From an uncultured Methanoregulaceae archaeon (lineage in GTDB: Archaea > Halobacteriota > Methanomicrobia > Methanomicrobiales > Methanospirillaceae), in the NCBI GenBank assembly GCA_963717525.1, contig OY970343.1, positions 864,001-928,000 on the forward strand: a DNA stretch of 64,000 nucleotides. Reading direction: 5' to 3'. Positions 43,635 to 53,496 of the stretch are shown here, one piece after another. Made by a program: the position numbers and the translations under genes. Under the pieces are notes generated by a model. It was not told the origin of the DNA. It saw only the letters and a list, made by a program, of their open reading frames with translations, and searched no databases. Position 1 is the first letter of the stretch. Every line of letters starts with the position of its first letter.

Positions 43635-44516
43635 ATGATTGACATTTCCTTTAGCATTAATTTGTTTTCTGATCTTCAGACGATGTGGCAGTACGACTTC
43701 ATGCAACACGCCTTTGAAGCCGGAACAATCGTCGCAATTATCGCAGGCATCGTTGGTTATTTTGTAGTCCTTCGTCGCTCGTCCTTCGCGGCACATGCCC
43801 TTTCCCATATAGGGTTTGCAGGGGCCGCCGGCGCCGTGCTTTTTGGGGTCGACCCCATTATAGGTCTTCTCCTGTTTACAAGTGGAGGTGGCATTACTAT
43901 CGGGTTGCTTGGCCGGCGCGCTGCTTCCCGTGACATTCAGATCGGAACCGTCCTTGCATTCATGCTGGGCCTTGGCGTCCTGTTCATCAGCCTCTATAGC
44001 GGGTATGCAACCGAAGCGTACTCTATTTTATTCGGAGAAATACTGGGCATCAGCACAAACGACGTCCTTGTGACACTTGTTGCGAGCCTTGTAATTCTTT
44101 TGTTAACCGCTGTCGTGTACCGGCCGCTTTTATTTGCATCTCTCGATGAAGATGTGGCTGAGGCAAAAGGACTGCCCACCCTTTTGCTCGGCGTAATTTT
44201 CATGATTTTGGTTGCAGTTGCAACATCGATCTCCGTCCAGGTTGTCGGAGTCCTTCTTATTTTCGCATTAATGGTGACACCGGCAGCGATTGCTCAACGA
44301 TTATCCAAACAACCCCTCCATGGGATAGTGATCTCTGTGTTTATTGCTCTCATGGCGACGTGGATCGGGCTCTTTGTCTCGTTTTATGAGCCGTACCCGG
44401 TGAGTTTTTTTATAACGAGCATAGTATTCGTTATTTACCTGCTTACCCTGATTGTTCAGAGAATCAATACTTCTCTCATTTCTGAAAGATTATTCCACTT
44501 CAAAAATGAGGGTTAA
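43635..44516 (+). CDS. Zn/Mn ABC transporter permease
   Basis: FMQHAF, HALSHIGFAG, LFG, SLDEDVAEAKG, VGVLLIFALMVTPA. Confidence 0.93.
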   Translation: MIDISFSINLFSDLQTMWQYDFMQHAFEAGTIVAIIAGIVGYFVVLRRSSFAAHALSHIGFAGAAGAVLFGVDPIIGLLLFTSGGGITIGLLGRRAASRDIQIGTVLAFMLGLGVLFISLYSGYATEAYSILFGEILGISTNDVLVTLVASLVILLLTAVVYRPLLFASLDEDVAEAKGLPTLLLGVIFMILVAVATSISVQVVGVLLIFALMVTPAAIAQRLSKQPLHGIVISVFIALMATWIGLFVSFYEPYPVSFFITSIVFVIYLLTLIVQRINTSLISERLFHFKNEG

Positions 44517-44876
44517 TCTGTCTTTGCGGACTCCCTCATTTTTATACGATTTTTCCAGAGCAACATTTTCGGCTCTGTAGACCATATTTTTTCAACAAAA
44601 TATCCTATATAAAGAGATGGCGGAGTTTGAGTCCCCCTAAAACGCGCCACTATTTTGCGGTGATGTTGTATAACCATCTCGGGAGATGACACTATATGGG
44701 GCATACGACAGTGACTGGAGCGAAGGCAACAATTGCCGTAATTTCCCAAGAGTGCGAGGAAAGATAAATTGTGAAGATTTCTACAAAGGTAGGGAACTTG
44801 ATCGCCCGTATGCCAGTCTGATGAGTAAACTCAGACCCACTATAAAGGAGAGATAAAAGCGGTGTGCCGGTTTCAT

Positions 44877-46031
44877 TCACCAAAAAGACCGGATCCCGGA
44901 GATGAGAAGGGGTGAAAAGAACCGGAAGAGTGAAGGGTTTTTTGCGAGGATTCCCGCGATCTTTGCCGGCCGGTCCATATCCCCATGCCGGACAATCTCT
45001 TCGATAATTTCAGGGTTGTTCATCGCGAGGATCATCCGGTCGATGGTCGCTGCAGAAAGGTGCCGGCGCATCTGGAAGAGACGGTAACCGAGCGCGAGCT
45101 CCCGTCCGATGTCTGCCTGCCAGCGCCGCTCGTACTCGGCGAGCGCGGCATCAGAGAAGCTATCCTGTTCACAACACGCGGTCGCCACCGCAGCTGCATG
45201 CCGGGCCGAGCGGATACCGGTATAGACCCCTCCGCCGGATGTAGGCTTCGCAAACCCGGCTGCATCGCCGATAAACAGGGTCCGGCGGCCATACGTCCGG
45301 GGCATCACACCCAGCGGGATCGTACCGGTGACCAGATGCAGGTCCGAGCGCAGGCCGATTCTCTTCACAAAGGCCAGAAAACGTTCCCGTACCAGCCTTG
45401 TCCCGCAAAGCCCCACCCTCGCCCGGTCATTCCCGGACGGGATGACCCAGCCGAAGAATTCCGGGGATGCGCCCGGGTACAACTCGACAAGATCAGGGTC
45501 ACTTTCGCGTTTTCCCTCTGCCTGGATACCCGCGAGATAGACCGGGGATCGCTCCATACCGTAACTGCGGGCGATCGTACTCCGGGGCCCGTCTGCTGCG
45601 ATCAGGATCTTATAAGCAATCTCTGCATGCCCATCGATCCCCCGGGTGATTACATGGTAATCCCGGATCCCACTGACCGAAGTCTTGAGCATAAATACCG
45701 CTCCTGCATCTGCCGCTGCCGCCGCCATTTCACGGTCAAGCATGCCCCGGTCCACAATATACGCTTTCGGAGTCTTTGCATCGATGACAAGGGGTGATCC
45801 TGAAGATGACACTATGCGGGCGCCGGTTACGGTGTTCTGGATCGGGCGCCGGGACACGGCGCATTCATCAAACGCAGCAAGGGAGAGGAGGCCGGCGCAT
45901 TGCACCGGGTAGCCGATGCTCCCCTGCTCCTCAATGCAGAGAACAGAAAGTCCGCGATCTGCGCAGGCACGGGCGGCTGCACAGCCCGCCGGCCCGGCTC
46001 CGGCAACAACGATATCATAGGCCGGCGTCAT
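44877..46031 (-). CDS. Geranylgeranyl reductase family flavoprotein
   Basis: GAGPAG, PVQCAG, DRGMLD, ADGPRS, FGWVIP, GDAAGFAKPTSGGG. Confidence 0.92.
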   Translation of the reverse strand: MTPAYDIVVAGAGPAGCAAARACADRGLSVLCIEEQGSIGYPVQCAGLLSLAAFDECAVSRRPIQNTVTGARIVSSSGSPLVIDAKTPKAYIVDRGMLDREMAAAAADAGAVFMLKTSVSGIRDYHVITRGIDGHAEIAYKILIAADGPRSTIARSYGMERSPVYLAGIQAEGKRESDPDLVELYPGASPEFFGWVIPSGNDRARVGLCGTRLVRERFLAFVKRIGLRSDLHLVTGTIPLGVMPRTYGRRTLFIGDAAGFAKPTSGGGVYTGIRSARHAAAVATACCEQDSFSDAALAEYERRWQADIGRELALGYRLFQMRRHLSAATIDRMILAMNNPEIIEEIVRHGDMDRPAKIAGILAKNPSLFRFFSPLLISGIRSFW

Positions 46032-46049
46032 GACGGGGTACCAAAAAAG

Positions 46050-46649
46050 TTACCGGGAGGTTTTCTCGTCGGTTTTATCAGCCGGTTTTATGGGGAGCCG
46101 GCAGCTGTTGATGATAAAAGTGTGCGGGGATACGGGCACTTCGTCGCCCTCTTTTAAGGTAAGCCCTATAAAGATAGCAAAGAGCCCAAGAACAAAGGAG
46201 ATGGTGCCAACCACGGTCATTACGATAAAGGACCGCATGGCCGGAACAAAGGTAAGAAAGATATAAAGCAGGATCACGCTGCTTGCGATTACGGCGCCTA
46301 CCAGATAATGTTTCGTCTCCTTCCTGGTCAGCGCACACGATATCCCGGTGTAGCCGGCATAGAACGCCAGCACGGCAATGGCAAGGACGAAAACGAACGA
46401 GAGAGAGGACGGAAAGAGCATCTCGATGATACCGATAACTAACAAAGCCGCAGAACAGAGAAACCAGAATAAGGATTCATCTGTAAGGGAGGTGATGGCG
46501 ATCAGAGCGCAGATTATTATTCCTGCGATAAGAAGCACCCAGAATATCCCGGTAAAAAAGGCGAGGACAGGCCCCGGTACCACCAGCGCAAGCCCGCCAA
46601 AGATCACTCCTGCCAGACCTTTCAGGAGGCAGGATAGTTTTGCATCCAT
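46050..46649 (-). CDS. Membrane protein (HdeD/DUF308-like)
   Basis: About six TM helices; LKGLAGVIFGGLALVVP start. Confidence 0.6.
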   Translation of the reverse strand: MDAKLSCLLKGLAGVIFGGLALVVPGPVLAFFTGIFWVLLIAGIIICALIAITSLTDESLFWFLCSAALLVIGIIEMLFPSSLSFVFVLAIAVLAFYAGYTGISCALTRKETKHYLVGAVIASSVILLYIFLTFVPAMRSFIVMTVVGTISFVLGLFAIFIGLTLKEGDEVPVSPHTFIINSCRLPIKPADKTDEKTSR

Positions 46650-46702
46650 AGAATTACGTCACTGTGATCGCGTTAATAGTTTCGTATGTGCTACAGGGGT
46701 GT

Positions 46703-46927
46703 TTACTCACGCCCGAACCCGAAAAACTCTATGCCCACTACTTTTTCCAGCACGTAAAGGATGGCAAAGAAAAAAACCGCGTACAGGACAAAGCTGATGA
46801 CAAAATTCACCCAGCCGGTCAGGCCGGAGTAATTCATGACAATGTTTGAGAGTGCATCTGCAATAATAATCGCAACGAGGATCCCAAGGAAAAAGATCAC
46901 CCATTTCTTGACATCGGCAAATTCCAT
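46703..46927 (-). CDS. Small two-TM membrane protein
   Basis: Two hydrophobic helices; ATG preceded by GAGG-like RBS. Confidence 0.6.
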   Translation of the reverse strand: MEFADVKKWVIFFLGILVAIIIADALSNIVMNYSGLTGWVNFVISFVLYAVFFFAILYVLEKVVGIEFFGFGRE

Positions 46928-47218
46928 ACAGATCATGTGACCTCATCCCTATTAAAACTCCCAAAACCTGCACAGGTCAAAGGACGCAGTATTCTCATCC
47001 CCATCGACTGCAAAAAGATGTAATCCTTGAGGGAACCCCATGCGTGCAGGAGAAAGCCGGCTGCACCACTCTAAGAAAGTATTTGTGCAAAACCTTCCCA
47101 ACATCACGCAGACACCCGGGATCGCTACCGCTGCCGGGCCACGAAATGTTTGGGCCTGCGCAAGGAAAAAAGAGCACGATTGCCGGGAAAGAGATACTCT
47201 ACCCCAAAACATCAGCTT

Positions 47219-47566
47219 ATGACAGGAAGAAACACGCGCGAACTGCTGCATGGCATCCTTGACGAAATCGTGCAGATCTCCCGGCTGACCGAAGGACGAC
47301 AATACGAGAATTTTTACCGGGACGAGCAGGCCTATGGAAAGGTTACCGTCTGCATCAGGGCCATAGGCGAGATGGTGCGGGGAATCCCGACCATTGTCCG
47401 GGTGAAATACGCGCTCGTGCCCTGGAATGAGCTTGGAGCATTCGAAGAGGCAATCGGCCGGGTAGAGCCGGTCAACCGGCCCCGGCTTGTCTGGAAGATT
47501 AGCACCGAAACTCTTCCGCGTATCCGGCTGATGGTGGAAGACCTGCTCAAAGAGATAAAAACATAA
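47219..47566 (+). CDS. DUF86/HepT-like (HEPN) protein lacking the catalytic motif
   Basis: Y.NF..D, IGE.V..IP, VPW, VW....TLP pattern of DUF86; RxxxxH absent. Confidence 0.7.
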   Translation: MTGRNTRELLHGILDEIVQISRLTEGRQYENFYRDEQAYGKVTVCIRAIGEMVRGIPTIVRVKYALVPWNELGAFEEAIGRVEPVNRPRLVWKISTETLPRIRLMVEDLLKEIKT

Positions 47567-47705
47567 GATTGGCGCAGCGTGTTTTCAGGGCATCCGGCCC
47601 GCACATCTTTACGAGAGGATGATGCTCCTTATCTTCCGGTCTCGATCACCCTTTTTTACCCCTGAGTCGCGAATGCTTATGGCGCCATGAGGCCTTTGTA
47701 CTGGC

Positions 47706-48248
47706 ATGGATGAAGAAGATCCCGGTTTCCTGCCCGGTGCTGATGCCCCTGTGTCGCCGGAGCCTGTACCTGTACCGGCAGCACCCATGGGTCGGGGGTT
47801 CTGGGCAGTGATGACCCTTATAGGTATCCTGATTCTCCTCATCATTTATGCCCAGGTCCAGGGTATAACCCGGCCTGTCTCGGTCAACCTGACCGGCACC
47901 AGCTGGACGCTTGACTCGTATGCGGACGCGGCAGGGAGAATGGTCACGGTAAATACCGGAAATGAGGTAAACCTCTCGTTTGATCCTGAAAACACAACAA
48001 CTCTGGACGGATATGCAGGCTGTAACTGGTACTCGTATACATATTTCAGATATAACACCACCATGCTTCAAATCGGGAACGGGACGTCCACTCAGCGGTT
48101 CTGTGATGATACCGGCGTGATGCAGGCCGAATCGGCTTACCTGCGTGATCTTAACAACACGTCTGTCGTCAGGTTCCGCAGCGGGCAGCTCACCTTATAC
48201 GATGCAACCGGGAAGCCAATTCTCATATTCAAGCAGTCCAGCAGCTGA
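47706..48248 (+). CDS. META-domain (HslJ-like) membrane-anchored protein
   Basis: TM helix, LTGTSWTL, GYAGCNWY, TQRFC, QAESAYL. Confidence 0.85.
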   Translation: MDEEDPGFLPGADAPVSPEPVPVPAAPMGRGFWAVMTLIGILILLIIYAQVQGITRPVSVNLTGTSWTLDSYADAAGRMVTVNTGNEVNLSFDPENTTTLDGYAGCNWYSYTYFRYNTTMLQIGNGTSTQRFCDDTGVMQAESAYLRDLNNTSVVRFRSGQLTLYDATGKPILIFKQSSS

Positions 48249-48399
48249 CCCGGTTGCCTTTTCATTTTCTGCTGGAGACTGGCTCTGTTAACGGTCCGTG
48301 AATGGTCGGCTTTTATGCTGGAAACCAGACTGCACGTATATACGAACATTAAAAAAAGGCGGGTACAAGAAGTAGTAAACGGGAGTTGGAAGAGAAGTT

Positions 48400-49707
48400 A
48401 TGGATGCAAAGAGCGAACGAAAGGAAGGCGTGCTCATCTTTTTTATCAATGGTAGGCTGGACGCGTTCGGTGCCCAGCAGCTGGATGAATGGATAAAAGG
48501 GGCGTTGCACGACGATGATAAGGAACTGGTGCTGGACCTCTCCGGTTCCACATACCTCTCGAGCGGTGGATTGCGTACGTTCAATGCGTTAAAAAAGGAG
48601 ATGAAGCGCAGGAACGGGCGCTTTGCCCTAGCAGGAGTCGGGGAGTACCCCAGAAAAGTGCTCGACATGGCCGGGTTTTCGACCATCCTTGAGATCTTCC
48701 CGACTGCGGATACAGCTGTCGAAGACATGCGAAAGAAGCGTAAGAACCCGACGCTTTTTAACGAGATTTTCTACAAGAAGATCGAGGAGGAGGGCGTTAC
48801 ACTTACCATAGAACCGGGCTGGATGACCCATCCGCCCGCACTCAAGATCACCGGGGACCTGTCGAAAGTACTGCATGCACGGCTCACCGAATCCGATATC
48901 AGGACTAATAAGTTCTCCGAGATCACCTACTCGCTTGGTCTTGGTGCACTTGGGTCCGATAAAAAAGAGGCGATGCCTCTCATGGGAGAGATGATCACCC
49001 TGTACGGCTCCATGGTCTGGCTGCCAACCGACGGGAATAACACCCCGGATTTCTTAACCCCGCTCGATGCGGAGGGAGACGTCCCGGTCTACACGGGGTA
49101 TAACGTCACGCTTGACGGCCCGTTCAACGAGTACCTGACGCTTGAAACCGGGGATCCCAAAGGCGTCAGCATCGCGGACATCTACCGGATGATCTTCTCC
49201 AGCGCAAAAAACCGGGTGAAGAGTAATAAAGGCGTGGTCGCAGTTGCCATCTGGGGCGTGCTTGAGGGTCTCGCGAGTTCCGGGATTAAGAAGGCGCCGA
49301 TTACAGGTGTGACGCTGCCCGGCAACACTACGATCATGGACCCGGCACAGTCAGCACAGTGGATGGCTTCCGACACCGGCATGTCCTATAAGGGAGACAC
49401 GCTCGTGAGCTTCGGTTTTGGTATCGATCTTACCTGCGACCTTGACGGTTTCCGGGCGGAAGACCTCGATGCCCTCTCTTACGCATACCCGGCAAACAAG
49501 GGGACCTCAAAGGTGATGTCCCTCCACAACCATGGCGTGGTCTTCCGGGGAGTACCGTACGACGCCTCGCTTGACCTGAATTCACAGGTAAAAAAGATCG
49601 TGAACGATGCGACGTTTGTGGATATGCGCCACCTGCTGGACAGCACCCGGCTCAAGCGTGCTAAGATCGGCGTTGCCTACATCCAGGAGATCGTCCGGGA
49701 ACCCTGA
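48400..49707 (+). CDS. STAS-domain protein with ~310-aa C-terminal domain resembling alpha-acetolactate decarboxylase fold
   Basis: GRLDA, LDLS..YLSSGGLR, VLDMAGF (STAS); C-terminal GLGALG..GEMITLYG..LPTDG, LHNHG, RHLLD. STAS call is firm, the C-terminal call is tentative. Confidence 0.8.
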   Translation: MDAKSERKEGVLIFFINGRLDAFGAQQLDEWIKGALHDDDKELVLDLSGSTYLSSGGLRTFNALKKEMKRRNGRFALAGVGEYPRKVLDMAGFSTILEIFPTADTAVEDMRKKRKNPTLFNEIFYKKIEEEGVTLTIEPGWMTHPPALKITGDLSKVLHARLTESDIRTNKFSEITYSLGLGALGSDKKEAMPLMGEMITLYGSMVWLPTDGNNTPDFLTPLDAEGDVPVYTGYNVTLDGPFNEYLTLETGDPKGVSIADIYRMIFSSAKNRVKSNKGVVAVAIWGVLEGLASSGIKKAPITGVTLPGNTTIMDPAQSAQWMASDTGMSYKGDTLVSFGFGIDLTCDLDGFRAEDLDALSYAYPANKGTSKVMSLHNHGVVFRGVPYDASLDLNSQVKKIVNDATFVDMRHLLDSTRLKRAKIGVAYIQEIVREP

Positions 49708-49730
49708 AGGTGTTTTCAGGCCCCCTTATT

Positions 49731-50146
49731 CTACTTTTTTTTTGTTAAGGTCAGGATATTTTTTCCCAGTTCATACCGGTATCGACTGTGTCGGTAACCC
49801 GCCGGATCAGGTAGACGCCAAGTCCCCCGGTCTCACGCTTCTCCAGAGACAAAGTGATGTCAGGGTCCGGGGTACAAAGCGGGTTGAATGCCGGTGCATG
49901 ATCCGTAATCTCCACGGTCAGAAGATCAGGACCGGCCTCACCGTGTATAGTAATCGTGCCCGGACTTCCGCAGTATCCGTGCCGGATGGTATTGGTGATC
50001 GCCTCTTCAACAGCAAGCTGCATATCGAGAACCTGCTGGTCAGAAAAACCAGCAGCCTTCATAAACTGCTCGATCTCAAGGGCGACCCCAGGCACCGCAT
50101 CGAGTTGGGCAGGAATGACAATGTGGGAAGTGGCGGACAGGATCAC
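49731..50146 (-). CDS. RsbW/SpoIIAB-like Ser kinase (HATPase_c) (frameshift ~49783)
   Basis: LAVEEAITNTIRHGY, ITDHAPAFNP, GGLGVYLIR; tail YRYELGKNILTLTK in shifted frame ending TAG at 49731. Confidence 0.88.
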
Positions 50147-50464
50147 ACACCCCGTGTACCTGTCTGTCCCTGGTGCCTGCCGGTTATACACACCAGGTAC
50201 AAAAGCAGCCGGTACCAAATTCCCACCGCAGCTGGCATACGATTCCTCTGGTTATGATATTCAAATGCCTACCATAAAAAGACGGCTAACAAAACCGGGT
50301 CAAAATCGGGCCGGGCAAAACAGATCCGGGCCAACGGGAAAAATGGTAGCAGCGCCCCCTATAAACAGCACAACCATTTAAAATAAAAGAGAAGGATTAT
50401 CTCGGTACAGAAAGGATTACTGTAAAAGACGCCCCGGAATGCGCCAGTCTGCAGGGGGATACTC

Positions 50465-50821
50465 ATGGATATTACCACCACGATACATGATACAGCGGCC
50501 GTTCTTTCGGTAACAGGCCGCGTGGATGCCTTGACCGCCGGAGATCTCGAAGGAGCCATCAACGGCCGTATAGACCGTGGCGAACGGAAGATCATCCTTG
50601 ATTTTACCCGCCTGGCATATATCTCCAGCGGAGGGCTGCGGGTCCTGCTTGCGACAGCAAAGAAACTGCACAATGAGGGGGACCGGTTTATCCTCTGCGG
50701 CCTCTCCATCGAGGTGCAGAAGGTCATGAACCTCGCAGGGTTCACGGCCATTTTTTCCATCTGTGCTACGCCATCCGATGCATTGGCCGCGGCAAAAGAG
50801 CCGGCCAAGCCCCGCCCCTGA
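50465..50821 (+). CDS. STAS anti-anti-sigma-type protein
   Basis: GRVDA, ILDF..LAYISSGGLRVLL, VMNLAGF. Confidence 0.92.
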   Translation: MDITTTIHDTAAVLSVTGRVDALTAGDLEGAINGRIDRGERKIILDFTRLAYISSGGLRVLLATAKKLHNEGDRFILCGLSIEVQKVMNLAGFTAIFSICATPSDALAAAKEPAKPRP

Positions 50822-50873
50822 TCCTGTTCTTCCGGCCTGCATCCCGGAGTATGGTCCACGGGATCGAAGCCCG

Positions 50874-51642
50874 TCACCCCTCTTTCCCTGTTTTACCAGC
50901 CGTTGCAAGGTAGATCAAAAACTGGCTCGTCCCGTCGATCCCAAGGAGAGAAGCCATCGCGTCATCATCGAACGCAGCAATCGCGCAGACACCACAGCCG
51001 ACTGCCTCTGCGGCTGAGGTACAGGTTCTGGCAGACATGGCCGGCATCGAGGTGGAGGTCACGGTACCCGCGCTCGCCGTACCGCCATGTCATACGGTAA
51101 GGGACCGCAGTCCAGAGGAAGACCACACCGCACCTCATGATAAAATCCTGATCGAGGCAGGCATGAGCAATATCAATGTGGAGCGTGGGATCTGCAGAAA
51201 CCCGCTGGAGATTGTGGGAGAGGGCGAGGTACCGGTAAAGTCCCGGTGCAAGGTCTTCAACATCGTTAATGAGCAGGTACGTCTCGAAGGCATGTCGCGC
51301 CCCGGCAGAAGGGACGGTGCGGAAGGTGGCCACGCTGCCGTGCACGTGCCGGACTCCCTGCGTACACCAGAGCAGGAACGAGAGTTCCTCAAGGGAGAGT
51401 GGTTTTTTCCCGTACGATCGGACGCTGTGCCGCCGTTCGATGGCCATGCGGAGGTCCACAGAGGGGATCGAAAGTTCTGCTGGTTTCGGAAGAGCGACAA
51501 TTGGTATGCCGGGCGCTGCCGGTAGATCGAGCGGAGGCTGAGGCAGGCCGTTCTCCTGATCGGAGCGGCCCAGGTACCGGTACTTCGTGTATTCCATGAA
51601 TTCCCGGCCGATACCGACAGGTGAGGAAACAGGGTCTGGCAT
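50874..51642 (-). CDS. SagB/ThcOx-family nitroreductase-like dehydrogenase (frameshift ~51012)
   Basis: RRHSVR, RTVPSAGARHAFETY, WRYGERGYR, DAGHVCQNLYL; tail AEAVGCGVCAIAAFDD in the next frame. Confidence 0.88.
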
Positions 51643-51785
51643 AGGTAACGATCTATAGGATCCGCCCCAGATAGTCCTTGTGCCGGAACAGCCTGGCGAT
51701 GGCCCGGCCGGGATCGGCAGAGCAGGTAGTGAGGAACGGATATCAGTCTCAAAGGAGAACATGTTTCCACAACGGGAGGGATGAT

Positions 51786-52602
51786 ATGCCGGGAGATATT
51801 GCACGAGGTCTGGCGGAGGGGCCGCCGCTTGTAGAGTTTGAGAACGTCACTGTGATCCGGGGCACAACCCGGGTGCTCGAACTCAGTCACGCTTTCCCTT
51901 TGCGAAGGTGAGAACGTCGCCATCCTCGGGCCCAATGGTGCGGGAAAATCATCGCTTGTCAAGGCTATCACCCGTGAGTACTACCCGGTAATCGCAGAAG
52001 AGCCCGTAACCTTCCGGTTTCACGGGGAGGACAATTGGGATGTCTTTGACCTCCGGTCATTTATCGGGATTGTCTCAAACGATCTCCAGTACACCTTCAC
52101 CTGCACCATCACCGGTCATGAAGTGATCCTCTCCGGTTTCTTCTCAAGCATTGGCCTGTTTAACCGGGTGATTATACCTGATATGGAAGGGAAGGCCAAA
52201 GCGATCGAACGGCTCCTTAGGATCGAACGGCTGGCCGATCGGCCCATGAACTCGCTCTCATCCGGGGAGGCCCGGCGGTTCCTGATCGGGCGGGCACTCG
52301 CGCCCGGCCCGGCAACCCTCCTTCTGGATGAACCCACAAGCAGCCTCGATCTCTCTGCGCTGCACACGTTCCGCCAGGCTATGAGGGCGATAGCGCAGTC
52401 AGGGACCGGTATTATCCTTGTGACGCACAACCTCCACGATATCATCCCGGAGATCACCCGGGTTGTCACGATGAAAGACGGCCGAATCTTTGGAGACGGG
52501 GAGAAGACAGCTATGCTGACTGATGAAAAGATCGGCCGGCTTTTCTCGGTGCCGGTCCATGTGCGGGAAGAGGACGGCTGGTATTATGCGACCGGGTACT
52601 AA
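51786..52602 (+). CDS. ABC ATPase (ModF-like), no adjacent permease (frameshift ~51885)
   Basis: VEFENVTV, GPNGAGKS, LSSGEARR, LLLDEP, VTH. Confidence 0.85.
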
Positions 52603-52803
52603 CGTATCCGCCAGCGTGGGAGCGGCCGGTTAAGAAATCCCGAAAAAAATCCGGTTGGCATGGTCTTTATCTGTGTGCAGGTGACAAGAATTTCTTACCT
52701 CATCAGGTACCGGGATTTCCCCCCTCATCCCTGATGATTCGATAACCGGCACAGGCAGACTTCGTTGAAAACGATGGCCAATCTGCCGGTCGCGAGGTTT
52801 TCT

Positions 52804-53368
52804 ATGGAAAAGATCCAGCTGCATACCCAGGCTCCCGCAGCGCCGCTCCCGATCGTTATCGCCGGCGCTCTCGTACAGGGAAAGGAGAACTACCTGACAA
52901 TAGGCGCGTATGGCATCATGTCCATACAGCCACCGGTGGTCTATATCTCATCCATGAAGGCCCATTACACGAATGCCGGGATAAAAGAGACCGGCTGACT
53001 TCAGCATCAACGTGCCGCCGGCAGGACTTGTCAGGAAGACCGACTACTGCGGACTTGTTTCGGGGCGCGACACCGACAAGTCCGGGGTTTTCACACCGTT
53101 CTACGGCAAGAAGAAGCTCGCCCCGATGATTCGCGAGTGCCCGGTCAATGCACTCTGTAAACTCGTAAAGACCGTAGAACTCCCCAATAACGACGTTTTC
53201 ATTGGCGATGTCATCGAATATTATCTGGACAAAAGCTGCCTTGCAGATGGCATCCCCGATCCAAAAAAGACCGAACCACTCCTCCTGTACGGCCACTCGT
53301 ACCGGAGGCTGGGCCGGGCTGCCGGCACTGCCTTTGCAGCCGGGAAAGCACTCATGAAGAAGCGTTGA
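52804..53368 (+). CDS. Flavin reductase / flavoredoxin family protein (frameshift ~52997)
   Basis: P.P.VI.GA, HYTNAGIKETG, FSINVP, DYCGLVSG, APMIRECP, FIG. Confidence 0.85.
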
Positions 53369-53496
53369 AAATATTTTTTCCTGTGCGGCACGAAGAGAAC
53401 AGGCGATGCATCGGGGTCACCCTGTCCAAAGTCGGGCACCGGCCTGTCAGCCGTTAATACCCGGCATCGCGGAAAGTCCGGGTAGAGTCCGGAGGA

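Noticed and set aside
44517..44876. tRNA-like fragment or att site at the right edge of the metal-transporter cassette
   Set aside because: Only a vague T-arm-like string; no cloverleaf and no matching repeat at the left edge.
52996..52998. Selenocysteine read-through at TGA codons ending split ORFs (also 19047-19049 and 55854-55856)
   Set aside because: Downstream homology resumes in a different frame, so these are frameshifts rather than in-frame recoding.
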